In this document: piece by piece, positions 1 through 11,817 of the stretch
How the letters are laid out: each line of letters starts with the position of its first letter
Numbering within the stretch: the stretch's first letter is position 1
Source of the DNA: Squalus acanthias
Taxonomy: Eukaryota
DNA length: 64,000 nucleotides
Direction: 5' to 3'
NCBI GenBank assembly: GCA_030390025.1
Contig: CM059452.1
Span: 9,548,001 to 9,612,000 of the forward strand
The notes under the pieces: generated by a model
The model's input: the letters and a program-made list of their open reading frames with translations, nothing else
Databases searched by the model: none
Told to the model about the DNA's origin: nothing
Translations under genes and position numbers: made by a program

Positions 1-274
1 GGGTATTTAAAGTAACCCAGGCGCCCGGTCTCATCAGCAGATAAACACCAAATCACATCAATCAGGGGCTCAATCCCTCAACAATATATTTTTCTGAAGA
101 AGCAGTTTAATTCTATGAACCCGTTTCAGCAGAATCAAATGAAGCATTGCAAAAAATCTCAATACAGAACCCCGCGAACACAAGTTTCAGGGAATGAATG
201 AATTGCTGAAATAAACAGAAATATAAAATAAAGACACAAATACAACAGTTATTGAAAGAGTGAATGGTTCTCAC

Positions 275-322
275 CTGCAATCACCGTCACCGTGGTGCCT
301 TGTCCCCAGTAGTCGAGGATAG
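275..322 (-). pseudogene. IgH JH segment lacking an RSS (LDYWGQGTTVTVIA, donor GTGAGA)
   Basis: WGQG motif and phase-1 donor. Positions 1-270 are homologous (reverse complement) to the JH-Cmu1 intron at about 44185-44460. The upstream side abuts the 67-bp satellite with no heptamer/nonamer. Confidence 0.88.
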
Positions 323-325
323 ATA

Positions 326-1135
326 GGTTAGATATCGAGTAAAGCTCCCTCTACACTGTCCCATCAAACACTCCCAGGGCAGTTACAGCACGGGTTGGAT
401 ACAGAGTGAAGCTCCCTCTACACTGTCCCATCAAACACTCCCAGTGCAGGTACAGCACGGATTAGATACAGAGTAAAGCTCCCTCTACACTGTCCCATCA
501 AACACTCCCAGTGCAGGTACAGCACGGGTTAGATACAGAGTAAAGCTCCCTCTACACTGTCCCATCAAACACTCCCAGGACAGGTACAGCACGGGTTAGA
601 TACAGAGTAAAGCTCCCTCTACACTCTCCCATCAAACACTCCCAGGGCAGGTACAGAACGGGTTAGATACAGAGTAAAGCTCCCTCTACACTGTCCCATC
701 AAACACTCCCAGGGAAGGTATAGCACGGGTTAGATACAGAGTAAAGCTCCCATACACTGTCCCATCAAACACTCCCAGGGCAGGTGCAGCACGGGTTAGA
801 TACAGAGTAAAGCTCCCATACACTGTCCCATCAAACACTCCCAGGGCAGGTACAGCACAGGTTAGATATCGAGTAAAGCTCCCTGTACACTGTCCCATCA
901 AACACTCCCAGGGCAGGTACAGCACGGGTTAGATACAGAGTAAAGGTCCCTATCCACTGCCCCATCAAATACTCCCAGGGCAGGTACAGCACATGTTAGA
1001 TACAGAGTAAAGCTCCCTCTTCACTATCCCATCGAACACTCCCAGGGAAGATACAGCACGGGTTAGATACAGAGTAAAGGTCCCTATCCACTGTCCCATC
1101 AAACACTCCCAGGGCAGGGACATCACGGGATAGAT
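326..1135. repeat. 67-bp minisatellite, about 12 copies
   Basis: Unit GGGTTAGATACAGAGTAAAGCTCCCTCTACACTGTCCCATCAAACACTCCCAGGGCAGGTACAGCAC; related copies at about 47670-47900 (inverted) and about 57630-57740. Confidence 0.95.
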
Positions 1136-2750
1136 ATCTGACACAGATGCACCAGGAAGCACAAACCCTGGGGATGATTCCCAGAGCCTGGGGCCTATCT
1201 GACACGGCATCTCTCCAGCTTTTAGACTGTATTTGAGGGAGAGGAGATGAGGGATCGCGCGGTGTCCACAGACACATTTGGAGCCTTCTGCGTCCAGTGG
1301 GCACAACTAGATAAAGTTTGTGATAAAATCAAATTCTAATGGAATATAATTTTAGTTTTGTTCAGGCCAAGTGTGCGAGTGGAGCCCTCCTCTCGGGTGG
1401 GCACTAGTGGAATATATTTTTGTTTTGGAATCGCCCCTTTAAAGGAGACCCGAGTTCAATTGGTCCACACAGAGCAAAGGAGCAAAGTAGGCCCAGCACT
1501 GGGGTAACCACTTCCAAGCCTTCTTCAATCTCAGCCACACCCATTCACCCTGGCCCTCTGTCTCCTGTTTCCCTGACGACATTTCTCCCTGCTCTGCTCC
1601 ATTCCCTCTGACATCATCTCCCTGAGCTCACTAAACATCACCATAGGGATCCGTTCTCCCTGTTCTTGCTCCATTCCCTCTCCAAGCATCTACCTGAACT
1701 CACTGAACATCACCTCAGGGATCCTTTCTCTCTGCTTTCCTCCGTTCCCTCTCATACCATCGACCTGAACTCACTGAACATCACCTCCGAGATCCGCAGT
1801 GACCTTCAGATCTTTGTTCCCTGTTTCCTTGAACTTTCGCTCCACGTCCTTCACCATCTCATCAGATTAGTTCGGTGACACCGTGCCACGTGAACATCTC
1901 CAGAGGTTTCTGGCCAGGCCCGAGTATCTTCTGGCATTTTCCTTCAAATGCGGTTCTGCTTCTCTTCGAAACTCCTTGAATTCAGGCGTGAGGTCTCCCA
2001 CAGTTGAATATGACATCGGGTTAAGAGAGAGAAGAATTAACAGACCGTCTGAAGGAAGATTGTGAATGTATGGAGTTGGTGCTTTAACTCCGTCTCTGCC
2101 AACATTTCTCACCCCTCCCCCTATCCGGGGCCGCCATCCCATCCAATATCACCCTCGTCTCACATCCCTGTTCCCAGGCTCTCACTGACTCCGGACTCGG
2201 TGATTCTCATGGAGTGCAGTGTCCCTTTAAGAGGCCCCGTGCTGCCCCCGCCCGTCCTCGGGTTCATAGGACTGAGTCAGGGGTCACAGGTGCCACAAAC
2301 TGGGGCTCTTTAGCGCTGAGCGGAGGCTGGAGACGCCCCGTGATCTCCTAACCCTGAATCAATGGGGGAAACCGCCAATAACGTTGCTGTGACATGCTGA
2401 GATATTATGGCGTCATCAACTGCAGGGCAAACCTGCGTTGGCCATGTTTGTGTGACATGGAGTCGGTAATGTTTGTGTGACGTATAACCGCTGCGCGATT
2501 GAAAAACAAATTTACATCAGTTTCCATCAAAATAAATGCTCGATCTTAATCGATTAAAGTGAAATTCTGGAATAAGAGAGAATAAAATGGTTGTCATTAA
2601 AAGGTTTTCTGAGGTGCAAATGTGCGGACAGTTCTCCCAGAGTGCAGCGCAGCCCGTGTCACAATGGGCCTTTTTCCCTGCCGCTGTGAATTGTGGGATC
2701 CTCAGCCCTCCATGGCCGAGTCATTAACTCAGTGAATCGAACCCAAACTC
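1136..2750. repeat. Low-copy duplicated module, copy 1 of 3
   Basis: Aligns by eye with about 18555-20165 and about 57790-59130. Confidence 0.8.
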
Positions 2751-3212
2751 CTTCAGTCGGGAGCTGGCCGGGTTGTTGGTCCGGACAGACTGCGGGTGTC
2801 CTGTTGAGCGGAGAGAGTCTCTGAGCAGATTACACACCAAATCCGGGAAATCCCAGGAGGTGGTGACCGCTCATCAACCCAAGCGTTGAAAGACGGATTG
2901 AACCAAAGAAAAGGAAAGATGAAACTTTGAAAACAGGCGGACAATAAATATAACCCCGAGGGTGAAATATCACTCGGCAAAACATAAATGTTTCAGTTGA
3001 GAAAAACAATTATTTACACAGAAGGAAGTGAAAATGTGGAATAAATGCATCAAATATTTTAACTGGGGAATTGGATAGGAGATTCGAAAGAAGGAAATAT
3101 TAAAGGGTGGGAGGAGCGATAAGAAGAGTGTAGACTTGATGGGATTAATCCGTTGTTTCTGTAGGGTAAAACGCGAAGATTCGTCCAGAATGCATCCAAG
3201 AAGAATATTTTT

Positions 3213-4390
3213 TCTCTCTCCGTGCTCTGTATCACTGTGTGTCTGTAATCCTCACCATGTTCAGGATTGTGAACTCTCTCCGTGCTCTCTCTCACTGTGT
3301 GTCTGTAATCCCCACCATGTTCAGGTTTGTGAACTCTCTCCGTGCTCTGTATCACTGTGTGTCTGTAATCCCCACCATGTTCAGGTTTGTGAACTCTCTC
3401 CGTGCTCTGTATCACTGTGTGTCTGTAATCCTCACCATGTTCAGGATTGTGAACTCTCTCCGTGCTCTGTATCACTGTGTGTCTGTAATCCCCACCATGT
3501 TCAGGTTTGTGAACTCTCTCCGTGCTCTCTCTCACTGTGTGTCTGTAATCCCCACCATGTTCAGGTTTGTGAACTCTCTCCGTGCTCTCTCTCACTGTGT
3601 GTCTGTAATCCCCACCATGTTCAGGTTTGTGAACTCTCTCCGTGCTCTGTATCACTGTGTGTCTGTAATCCCCACCATGTTCAGGTTTGTGAACTCTCTC
3701 CGTGCTCTGTATCACTGTGTGTCTGTAATCCCCACCATGTTCAGGTTTGTGAACTCTCTCCGGGCTCTGTATCACTGTGTGTCTGTAATCCCCACCATGT
3801 TCAGGTTTGTGAACTCTCTCCGTGCTCTGTATCACTGTGTGTCTGTAATCCCCACCATGTTCAGGTTTGTGAACTCTCTCCGTGCTCTGTATCACTGTGT
3901 GTCTGCAATCCACACCATGTTCAGGTTTGTGAACTCTCTCCGTGCTCTCTATCACTGTGTGTCTGTAATCCCCACCATGTTCAGGTTTGTGAACTCTCTC
4001 CGTGCTCTGTATCACTGTGTGTCTGTAATCCCCACCATGTTCGGGTTTGTGAACTCTCTCCGTGCTCTGTATCACTGTGTGTCTGTAATCCCCACCATGT
4101 TCAGGTTTTTGTACGGCTCTCTCCGTGCCCTGTATCACTGTGTGTCTGTAATCACCACCATGTTCGGGTTTGTGAACTCTCTCCGTGCTCTGTATCACTG
4201 TGTGTCTGTAATCCCCACCATGTTCAGGTTTTTGTACGGCTCTCTCCGTGCTCTGTATCACTGTGTGTCTGTAATCCCACCATGTTCAGGTTTTTGTACG
4301 GCTCTCTCCGTGCTCTGTATCACTGTGTGTCTGTAATCCCCACCATGTTCAGGTTTTTGTACGGCTCTCTCCGTGCTCTGTATCACTGTG
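3213..4390 (-). repeat. Tandem array of the supporting-Vdelta 23-RSS (60-63-bp units, 20 heptamers)
   Basis: Minus-strand unit CACAGTG-ATACAGAGCACGGAGAGAGCCGT-ACAAAAACC-TGAACATGGTGGGGATTACAGACA. Canonical 23-spacer copies have heptamers at 4384, 4321, 4259 and 4136. Fifteen copies have a 20-nt spacer plus TCACAAACC/TCACAATCC; one is truncated. Confidence 0.95.
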
Positions 4391-4696
4391 CTGTGCGCGG
4401 ACTCAGTGCACAGTAATACACAGCGGAGTCACTCAGTTGCAGTTTCGCGATGTTTAACCGGCTGATTTTCTGCGCACCATCGACAGAAGCAGAAATTCGG
4501 CCCCCGGCAGCGTTTTCTTTATTCCCCTCTCCTGAAGTGTGTCTCTGAAGCAGGTATTTCGGAGCCTGCCCTAAGGACTGACGGTACCAATGTACTGTGT
4601 ACTGACAGAACCCTGAATATTCGCAGCTTAAAGTAACGGTGTCACCGGCAGCAGAGGATTGTAGAGGCGGACCCTGGGACACCGAGAAACTGGAAA
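4391..4696 (-). CDS. Leaderless supporting TCR delta V exon of NAR-TCR
   Basis: Open V domain (VTLSC..WYRQ..DSAVYYCAL) with an extra CDR1 Cys (SGFCQY). Phase-1 acceptor is in frame with the NAR J donor. No leader exon seen; perfect 23-RSS at 4352-4390. Confidence 0.9.
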
Positions 4697-4779
4697 CTGC
4701 GGGATTAAAATGGGGAAATGTTATTTATTTGGCTGTTGGTTACCGGGGACACTTGTCAATCACAGGAATAGTTCTGTCT

Positions 4780-5130
4780 CGCGCGCTCATGCGGTTCTTC
4801 ATTTGAAGCCTGTTCCAACTTTATTCACTGTCATTGGCAAATGAACCGGCGTGGGGTTGGGGGGGGGGGGGCGGCGAGAGGGGCACTGAGGAGAAAATTA
4901 TCTACGGAATGAGCCGTTGTGATCTGGAATGCACTGCCTGAAAGGGTGGTGGGAGCAGATTCAATAGTAACTTTCAACAGGAAATTAGATCAATACTCGA
5001 AAAGGAAAATTTGTCAGGGCTATGGGGAAAGAGCGAGGCGAATGGGCCTAATTGAATATCGAATTCAAAGAGCCGCACAGGCAAGGTGGGCCGAATGTCC
5101 TCCTTCTCTGCTGTATGATTCTGTGATTTC
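4780..5130 (+). mobile_element. CR1-type LINE 3' fragment
   Basis: WNALPERVV..F..KLD motif and 3' UTR tail. Confidence 0.75.
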
Positions 5131-5729
5131 TATTGAATTTCTGTTTTTATTTTTCTTGGCGAAAGTCAAACCCGAAAAAAATAATAGTCCATTCTCCTCC
5201 TCACTGAGACAACCACATTCCAATGATGTTTGACCGGGAGTACCCCGGCTGTGTTATGTCACTGCGCACAGCAAGATCCAACAGAAAGCAGTGAGATTCA
5301 TCAGCACCGACTGAGCCAAACTGACACTGAAAATCTGTGCGTCAAAGGTCAATCTTTTACTGCAGTTTAACAGTTCACGGGAGCTCCTGTCTGCCTCTCG
5401 CTCTATTTGTCTCTTTTCTTCCATCAGTGGGGCCCGTTTTACCCCATTGCAATTTAATTTGAATTATTTACAGTTAGTTTAATTTTATTTCTACATCTGG
5501 GTCGCTCACTTTGTGCTGTTTGTGGTTTTTTGCCAGCCTGAGAACTTGTCACAAAGTCTCTCGGTTGTCGGTTGGGTTCCGTCTGTGCAATTTCCGCAGT
5601 GGTTTTACTGTTACTCACTGGAAACTGGCTCTTCCGGCTCTCTGACAACTTCAATTCCTTCAGCCCATTGGCTGATTTTCTCCCGTGTTCTCCGGGCGGA
5701 GTTTTCTCTGAGTTTTACATTATACTGAA

Positions 5730-6160
5730 TCTGCAGAACAGGAACAGGCCATTCGGCCCAACTGGTCTGTGCCGGTGTTTATACTCCACACGAGCCTCCT
5801 CCCACTCTAATTCCCACTTCCCACCCTGACCCCTGTGTCCCTCGATTCCTTTGTCCCTCCTGTATTTTTCAAGCCTCCTCTTAATTGCATCAACGCTATC
5901 TGCTCCAACCGCTCCGTGTGGCAGCGAGTTCCACATTCTGACGCCTCTCTGTGTGAATAAATTCTTCCCAATGTGTTTATTTGTTCTGTTAGTGACTATC
6001 TTATATTTGTGGCCCCTTGTTCTGGACTCACCCACAATGGAAACAGTTTCCCCACGTGCACCCTATCGAACCCCTTCATCATTTAATCACCTCCATCAGG
6101 TCTCCTCGTTTTCTCCTCTTTTCCAGAGAAAAGACCCCCCGCCTGTTCAATCTTTCCAGA
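5730..6160 (-). mobile_element. CR1-type LINE 3' fragment
   Basis: RTRGHKYKI..FTQRGVRMWNSLP. Confidence 0.8.
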
Positions 6161-6559
6161 AATGTGTGGATTGCTGCTGATGTCTTTTCTCAGGAGTGCA
6201 AGAAATCCAAAGCTGAGAAAAGGGCCGGAGCCCAATCGCAGCCCGTCCCTCCAGTAAATCTCACTGCCCCGGTGTCGGATTGTGCTTTGAACGGCCCAGA
6301 GACCGGTGTCTCCACACCCCCGCCCGGCCGGTGAAGTCCGATATTTCTCTCCCTTTCGGTGAATGATTTCTTGCTGGTTCTAAATGGGCTTCCCTCCAGT
6401 CTGTACTTGTTCCCTCGGGTGTTCCTGTTCTCCTTTATAGGAACATTAGAACCTCGCCCTCACTCGCTCACTGCCCAGTGTTGTTTCAGTTAACAGTAAC
6501 CAGGGATACAGATAAATTACTGCAATCCGATCTCTCAAACATGAACATTAAATATTACA

Positions 6560-6830
6560 CAGCATCACACAGAATGTAGAGCACAGAAACAGGCCATTGG
6601 GCCCAATCGGTCCATGCCGGTGTTACTGCTCCACACGAGCCTCCTCCCACCCCTACTCCATCTCACCCCATCAACAGATCCTTCTATTCCTTTCTCCCTC
6701 ACCTACTTATCTAGATTCCCCTTCAATGTATCGATGTTATTCGGCTCAACTGCTCCTTGTGGCAGCGAGTTCCACATTCTGACCACTCTCTGGGTAAAGA
6801 AGTTCCTCCTGAATTTCCCATTGGATTGAT
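6560..6830 (-). mobile_element. CR1-type LINE 3' fragment
   Basis: Same 3' end family as 5730-6160. Confidence 0.7.
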
Positions 6831-7070
6831 TAGAAAATATCTAACAATATAAATAATATAGAAACGTGTCTGTCGTTCGGAGCTTTAAATTTCGACTTGG
6901 ACGAGAACCGCGGAGGAAAAATGATTATTTATGTAAAGGCAATTGGAATAAATGTCAGATACAATACAACTAATTTAAGTCACTAAGTGTCCAATAATGA
7001 AATGTCATCTAGACCTACAGGCGGAACTCTTGTATCTGAAGCCCCGCCGTGTGGTGCTCATGAGTTTCTG

Positions 7071-7477
7071 CCGCTGCAAGTATCGGAAGGGTCGCTGCAG
7101 GTATCGGACAGGCCGCTGCAGGTATCGGACGGGCCGCTGCAGGTATCGGATGGGTCGCTGCAGGTATCGGACGGGCCGCGGCAAGCATCGGACGGGTCGC
7201 TGCAGGTATCGGACGGGCCGCTGCAGGTATCGGACGGGCCGCTGCAGGTATCGGACGGGTCGCTGCAGGTATCGGACGGGCCACTGCAAGCATCGGTCGG
7301 GTCGCTGCAGGTATCGGACGGGCCGCAGCAGGTATCGGACGGGCCGCTGCAGGTATCGGACTGGTCGCTGCAGGTATTGGACGGGCCGCTGCAAGCATCG
7401 GACAGGTTGCTGCAGGTATCGGACGGGCCGCTGCAGGTATCGGACGGGTCGCTGCAGGTGTCAGATGGGCCGCTGTA
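7071..7477. repeat. 21-bp GC-rich minisatellite in the NAR J to Vdelta intron
   Basis: Unit GGGCCGCTGCAGGTATCGGAC, about 19 copies. Confidence 0.95.
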
Positions 7478-7963
7478 GTGTTGTGTTCACTCTCCCGGTA
7501 TATCATTCACACTGCCTGGCTCGGACTGCAATCTCCTACCCAGGACGGAGCTCTGTGACTCCCTGCCATCCCTCAGTCACAGTTAACACCGAGAGCGGAA
7601 GCCGGAGTGTCGACAATCTGCGGTCATTTAAACCAACTGGGGGGATCAGAGTGAGAGAGATTTCGGTCACTTCATGGGATCCCGGAGGTCCCCGTTAAAC
7701 GAATGATGCTCCAGATGGGGTTAGACCCTGTAGAATGGCGGCTCCGTGGGGTTCTGACACCTTCTCTCTCCGGACTCAGACCCAGACCCGACCCCGGTTC
7801 ATATTCTGCTCCCCAATCGAAAACCGCAATGAACTCCACCCACCCGTGGAAAACCGCTCTGTTTTATTTCGAAGGGATGGAGGTGATACTGATCACAATA
7901 ATAAACTGACGGTAAACATTAACCGGGACAGTCTGTAACACGGCGGGGTTTGAAATCACTTAC

Positions 7964-8014
7964 CGGCTGTGACAGTCACCACCGTCCCGGATCCATCCAC
8001 ATGTTTATAATAAC
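7964..8014 (-). CDS. NAR-TCR J segment (YYKHVDGSGTVVTVTA)
   Basis: NAR-type DGSGT motif, donor GTAAGT, 23-RSS GGTTCTTGT-23-CACTGTG at 8015-8053. Confidence 0.92.
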
Positions 8015-8366
8015 CACAGTGACACCACTCTCAGTCACCCCGGTACAAGAACCGCCGACCCCTCAATCTGCCGGACACACATCACCAGACAGTCGGCGCT
8101 GCCCAATTATTCGAGGGATCAATAAATATTCCGTGTTCCACAGTCCCCGTCGGTTCAAACTGTTGTTTGTGAGACTCTGAGCTCTCAGTAAAATGGCCCA
8201 GGAACACAGGCCGGAGATGGGCGCTTCATAGAAACGGAGAAAATATCAAAGAAAGATAACTGGGAGCAGCAAATTACAATAAAATTAAACCAGATTACAG
8301 CGATAATAAGATCAAACCTACAATTCAGGTTCCGGGCCCGGGGAATTTATGTTTTAATTGTACACA

Positions 8367-8394
8367 GGTATTTGCTCAGGTCTCATCCACTGTG
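8367..8394 (-). other. 12-RSS downstream of NAR-TCR V(D)
   Basis: CACAGTG-GATGAGACCTGA-GCAAATACC. Confidence 0.88.
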
Positions 8395-8872
8395 AGGATG
8401 GCGCCTGTACCAGCTTTACAGTAATAGGTGGCGCTGTCTTCAACTCGCACATCCCGAATTTCCAACGAAAATGTATTTTCTGCCTTACTCTTCCTCACAA
8501 CAAATCGCCCTCCGCTCGAGATCCGCTCCCACTCTGTCCCGGTCTGGGTTCGTCTGAAGAAATGTCCATTATGGAAATTATAACCCCAAAAACCACCATA
8601 GAAAACACAGGTGATGGTAAGAGACTGACACTCCTCCCTGGTCACCGCTGGCGGGGTCTGTGCCACTGACTGACTGAAAGAGCCTGGAAATTAAACAGCG
8701 AGAGTTTAATGGGCCATCAGAGCCGAACCACACAACGGGGCTAAAACCCAGACAGTGTCTGTAATTCGGATGGACCGGGCAGCTTTATATTAAGTCCACA
8801 CAATGTCGGTTTGTTTGAGCGGTACTCACGGGGTAAACAGACACACAGGGTGAAAACAAGGAGGATTCCCAT
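8395..8872 (-). CDS. NAR-TCR V (VNAR-like), leader 8830-8872 plus V exon 8395-8683, probable germline-joined D
   Basis: Leader MGILLVFTLCVCLP; VNAR-like short FR2/CDR2 (ERISSGGRF), FR1 extra Cys (REECQSLTITC), VEDSATYYCKA followed by GTGAI and then a 12-RSS. Confidence 0.9.
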
Positions 8873-10175
8873 CGTTCTGCTGCCTGGAGCGGATGGTTTA
8901 TATGGCAGGGAACTCGAGACTGCAGCCCTGGACTGTTCTGGGAGACTGTACCTCAGAGCTGGATTGAAATACTTTAGGGGGTCGAGTTGATTAGCACAGG
9001 GCGGTGTCCCGGAGATCATTGATGGGCCTCACGGTTCGCGGATCTCTGGGTGTGTGTTGTGTGCATAAGTGACAGGTTTAAATAATGAACCTGCAGTTTT
9101 TTAGGCTCTTCATTGGGTCTTTGAGCCCGATGTGAAAGCCCCTCCCACATTAGTCTGATGTACAGGGTGGAGTTGTTCTGTCAGCAGAGGCTGCCGCTGT
9201 CCTTTGCCCCGCAGTAATGAGCTGGGAGGTCGGTTCATGTGTTTTATTGGGTGGTGTTTGTTGAGGGTGGAATGTGGGCCCAGGACACCGGCAGAATCCC
9301 CCGCTCTTATTCCAATAGTCACATTTTCCAGGAGCAGTGACAGAGAATGAAGCGACACTCGGAAGGGCAATGGACATTGGGGGAACTCTGTGCTTGGTGC
9401 TTGTTTTAAAGAGCACAATCACTACCTTGTGAAATCTGTTGATTGTGTATAAACAGTCTCTGACCCAGCAACATACTCTGATCAAATAAACCCTGTGTAC
9501 AGGCCGCGATCAAAGGATCCGGGAAACGGACAGTTGAGATCTGTAAAGGGCTGCACAATATTGCAGGCAGGCAGGGAAAGGGCGTCAAAGGACAAAAGCC
9601 GAGTTAAGGGCCACGGCGTGGGGTGCGTCGCACAATCATGGACGACAGCACGTCACAGGAACATTACGTGTTGAACAGAGCCTTGAACCATGACCTCAGC
9701 ACCGCCGGATAGGCTGCCGCAGGGTCCTAATATCCACCCTTTTCAAAATTTGGCCACTGTTTTGGCGCAAAACAACTGCCCAACTCACATTTGAAATACC
9801 TTTTGCGTGCCCACCGAATCACAGTTCAGCATGGAACTGATCCAAAAAGTTAACACCTTTTAGCCACCTTTTGCTCAGAGCATGGGACTTGCAATTATAT
9901 ATGGGGCAACGAAAATGGCCCACGCAGAACAATGATTACTTTGAGAACTGGATATTGAAGGTGTTTATGTTTAGTCTCGCAGTATATTCCATTAACTGCT
10001 TGTAGAGAACCATAATTAACATCAAAACGATGATATTGTGGGAGCTTTGCTGAAACACTACAATGCCGCAGTTACGCTGTAAGCATCAGTTGATGCAAAT
10101 AGCAATTGATAAAAAATCCTGCTTTTAGAATGGTAATGAGTGTGAAAAATGTCTTATCTTGTTATCTTGTGTATT

Positions 10176-10610
10176 GTGTGGCTCAGTGCTGGCACTCGCG
10201 CCAGTGAGTCAGAAGGTTGTGGGATCAAGTCTCGGCTGACACTCCAGTGCAGTACTGAGGGAGCGCTGCACTGTCGGAGCTGATGGCTTTTGGAGGAGAC
10301 GTTAAACCGAGGCACAGTCTGCTCTCTCAAGCGATAACTAAAAGATCCCGTGGCACGATTTCGAAGCAGAGCAGGAGAGTTCTCCCCGGTGTCTTAGCAA
10401 ATATTTATCCCTCAATCAACATCACTAAAACAGCATATCTGGTCATTATTACATTGCTGTTTGTGGGAGCTTGCATTGCGCAAATTGGTTGCCGCGTATC
10501 CGTGTCCGACATTACAATAGTGAAGCGTCAAATGTACTTCATTGGCTTAAAGAGCTGTGGGACGTCCCGAGGTCTTGAAAGGCGCTACATAAATGCAAGG
10601 CTTTCTTTCA
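10176..10610 (+). mobile_element. tRNA-derived SINE
   Basis: A/B-box-like head (GTGGCTCAGTG..GGGATCAAGTC) and GGCGCTACATAAATGCAAG tail. Confidence 0.7.
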
Positions 10611-11738
10611 TTATTTCTGGTGATTTGTGACCTACTTAGGGCCTGTAATGATTAATTTAGGGATCCATAATCTTCAGATTCTGGATTTGCAATTAGAGAG
10701 AATGGAGGCGGCGGCGCATCGGTGCTTTTCAGTAATTTACCGCTCATCTGCTTTAGGTTCCCGGGAGCAGAGCGCGGGAGCGGGTTCAAAGCCCCTAGGG
10801 TGTGGTGCAGGGCGGGTTCTCGTTAACAGGAGCTCAACACCAGCAGGGCGTAAAAAATTCCTTCCAACTTTCACTCATGTAAGAAAAGGAAGTGGCGCAG
10901 AAAAAACAAACACAACACGGGCGGTTTCGGTTTGTCTTTCGCTCCTTTAACATCGATCACCACCATCGGTGCACTTAATGTCTTCAGAAATCAGATCTCA
11001 GGGTGTCTTTCATTCACATTTTAATATTCTTTTCCCCATCTTCCACATCCGTCCACTCACTGGTCCTGCCCACTGGTTAGTATCAAAATTCAATCTTACG
11101 ATATGATGGATGTCGTTTTCTGATGATTATTGCCCGACGTTCCGACCCAGCCCATTGTGATAGTGGATTTCAAATATTAATCTTCAATTCATTCCAACAT
11201 TTGCACAACAATTAGAGAAACAGCATTTAACTCAAAGCCCCGGGATCTGATCCAAAAAAGGAATATTGAGATCTGACGCCCCCTGGTGGTTAATCTGAGA
11301 ACTGTTCGGATGTCGGTGGACAGGGTGTGAGAAATCCTGTCTTTATTCACTGCCCTGTCTGCAGTTCCTGTTTATGGGAAGCTGGGTTGGAGCGGTTCTG
11401 AATTAATGTACAGAGAAGCAGCAAAGGTTTTACATCGTTAAACTAAAGACTGGAAGAAGGAAGTTCACAGGATTATGGATGAAGAGTAGAGACAAGATAT
11501 GAGAAGGAACAGGCAGGCAAGGAAAGGGCAGCGAAAGGCAAAAGGGGAGGTAAGGCGCCACAGATGGATTTGCGAAGTTATTTTTTTTATTATAAATGGG
11601 AGTTGAAGTCACCGGCTAATATAATTGCGCCAATGGAAGTCACCTATTGTTGAGTGTTGTGTTTTGTTGCCCTATTAAGAAGGTCCCTGTGACTGTCACT
11701 GTGGAGGCTGAATTGTCGTTTCCGTTTATCTGTGTGAG

Positions 11739-11755
11739 AGCGCCCTCTAGTGACC
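11739..11755 (-). promoter_or_regulatory. CTCF-like motif 22 bp behind V RSS nonamer
   Basis: GGTCACTAGAGGGCGCT; a second motif ACCACCAGGGGGCGTC lies at 11275-11290 (-). Confidence 0.6.
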
Positions 11756-11817
11756 ACTAACTGGAACTCTCAGTGTGGGTTTTTGCACGGGATCCGCTGT
11801 ATCTCTGCAGCAGTGTG

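Noticed and set aside
326-1135. CACTGTC in the 67-bp repeat as a replacement RSS for the JH
   Set aside because: Not adjacent to the coding end and no nonamer at 12 or 23 spacing
3059-4416. Long ORFs of 365-426 aa, or a CRISPR-like array
   Set aside because: These are translations of the 60/63-bp RSS repeat; there are no unique spacers or cas genes and the context is vertebrate
6987-7698. Repetitive ORFs (QVSDGPL and RCRYRTG repeats)
   Set aside because: 21-bp minisatellite open in several frames
8376-8415. CKAGTGAILTV read as a fully germline-joined VJ with no CDR3
   Set aside because: LTV is encoded across the heptamer of a 12-RSS, there is no splice donor, and a true J lies at 7964-8014
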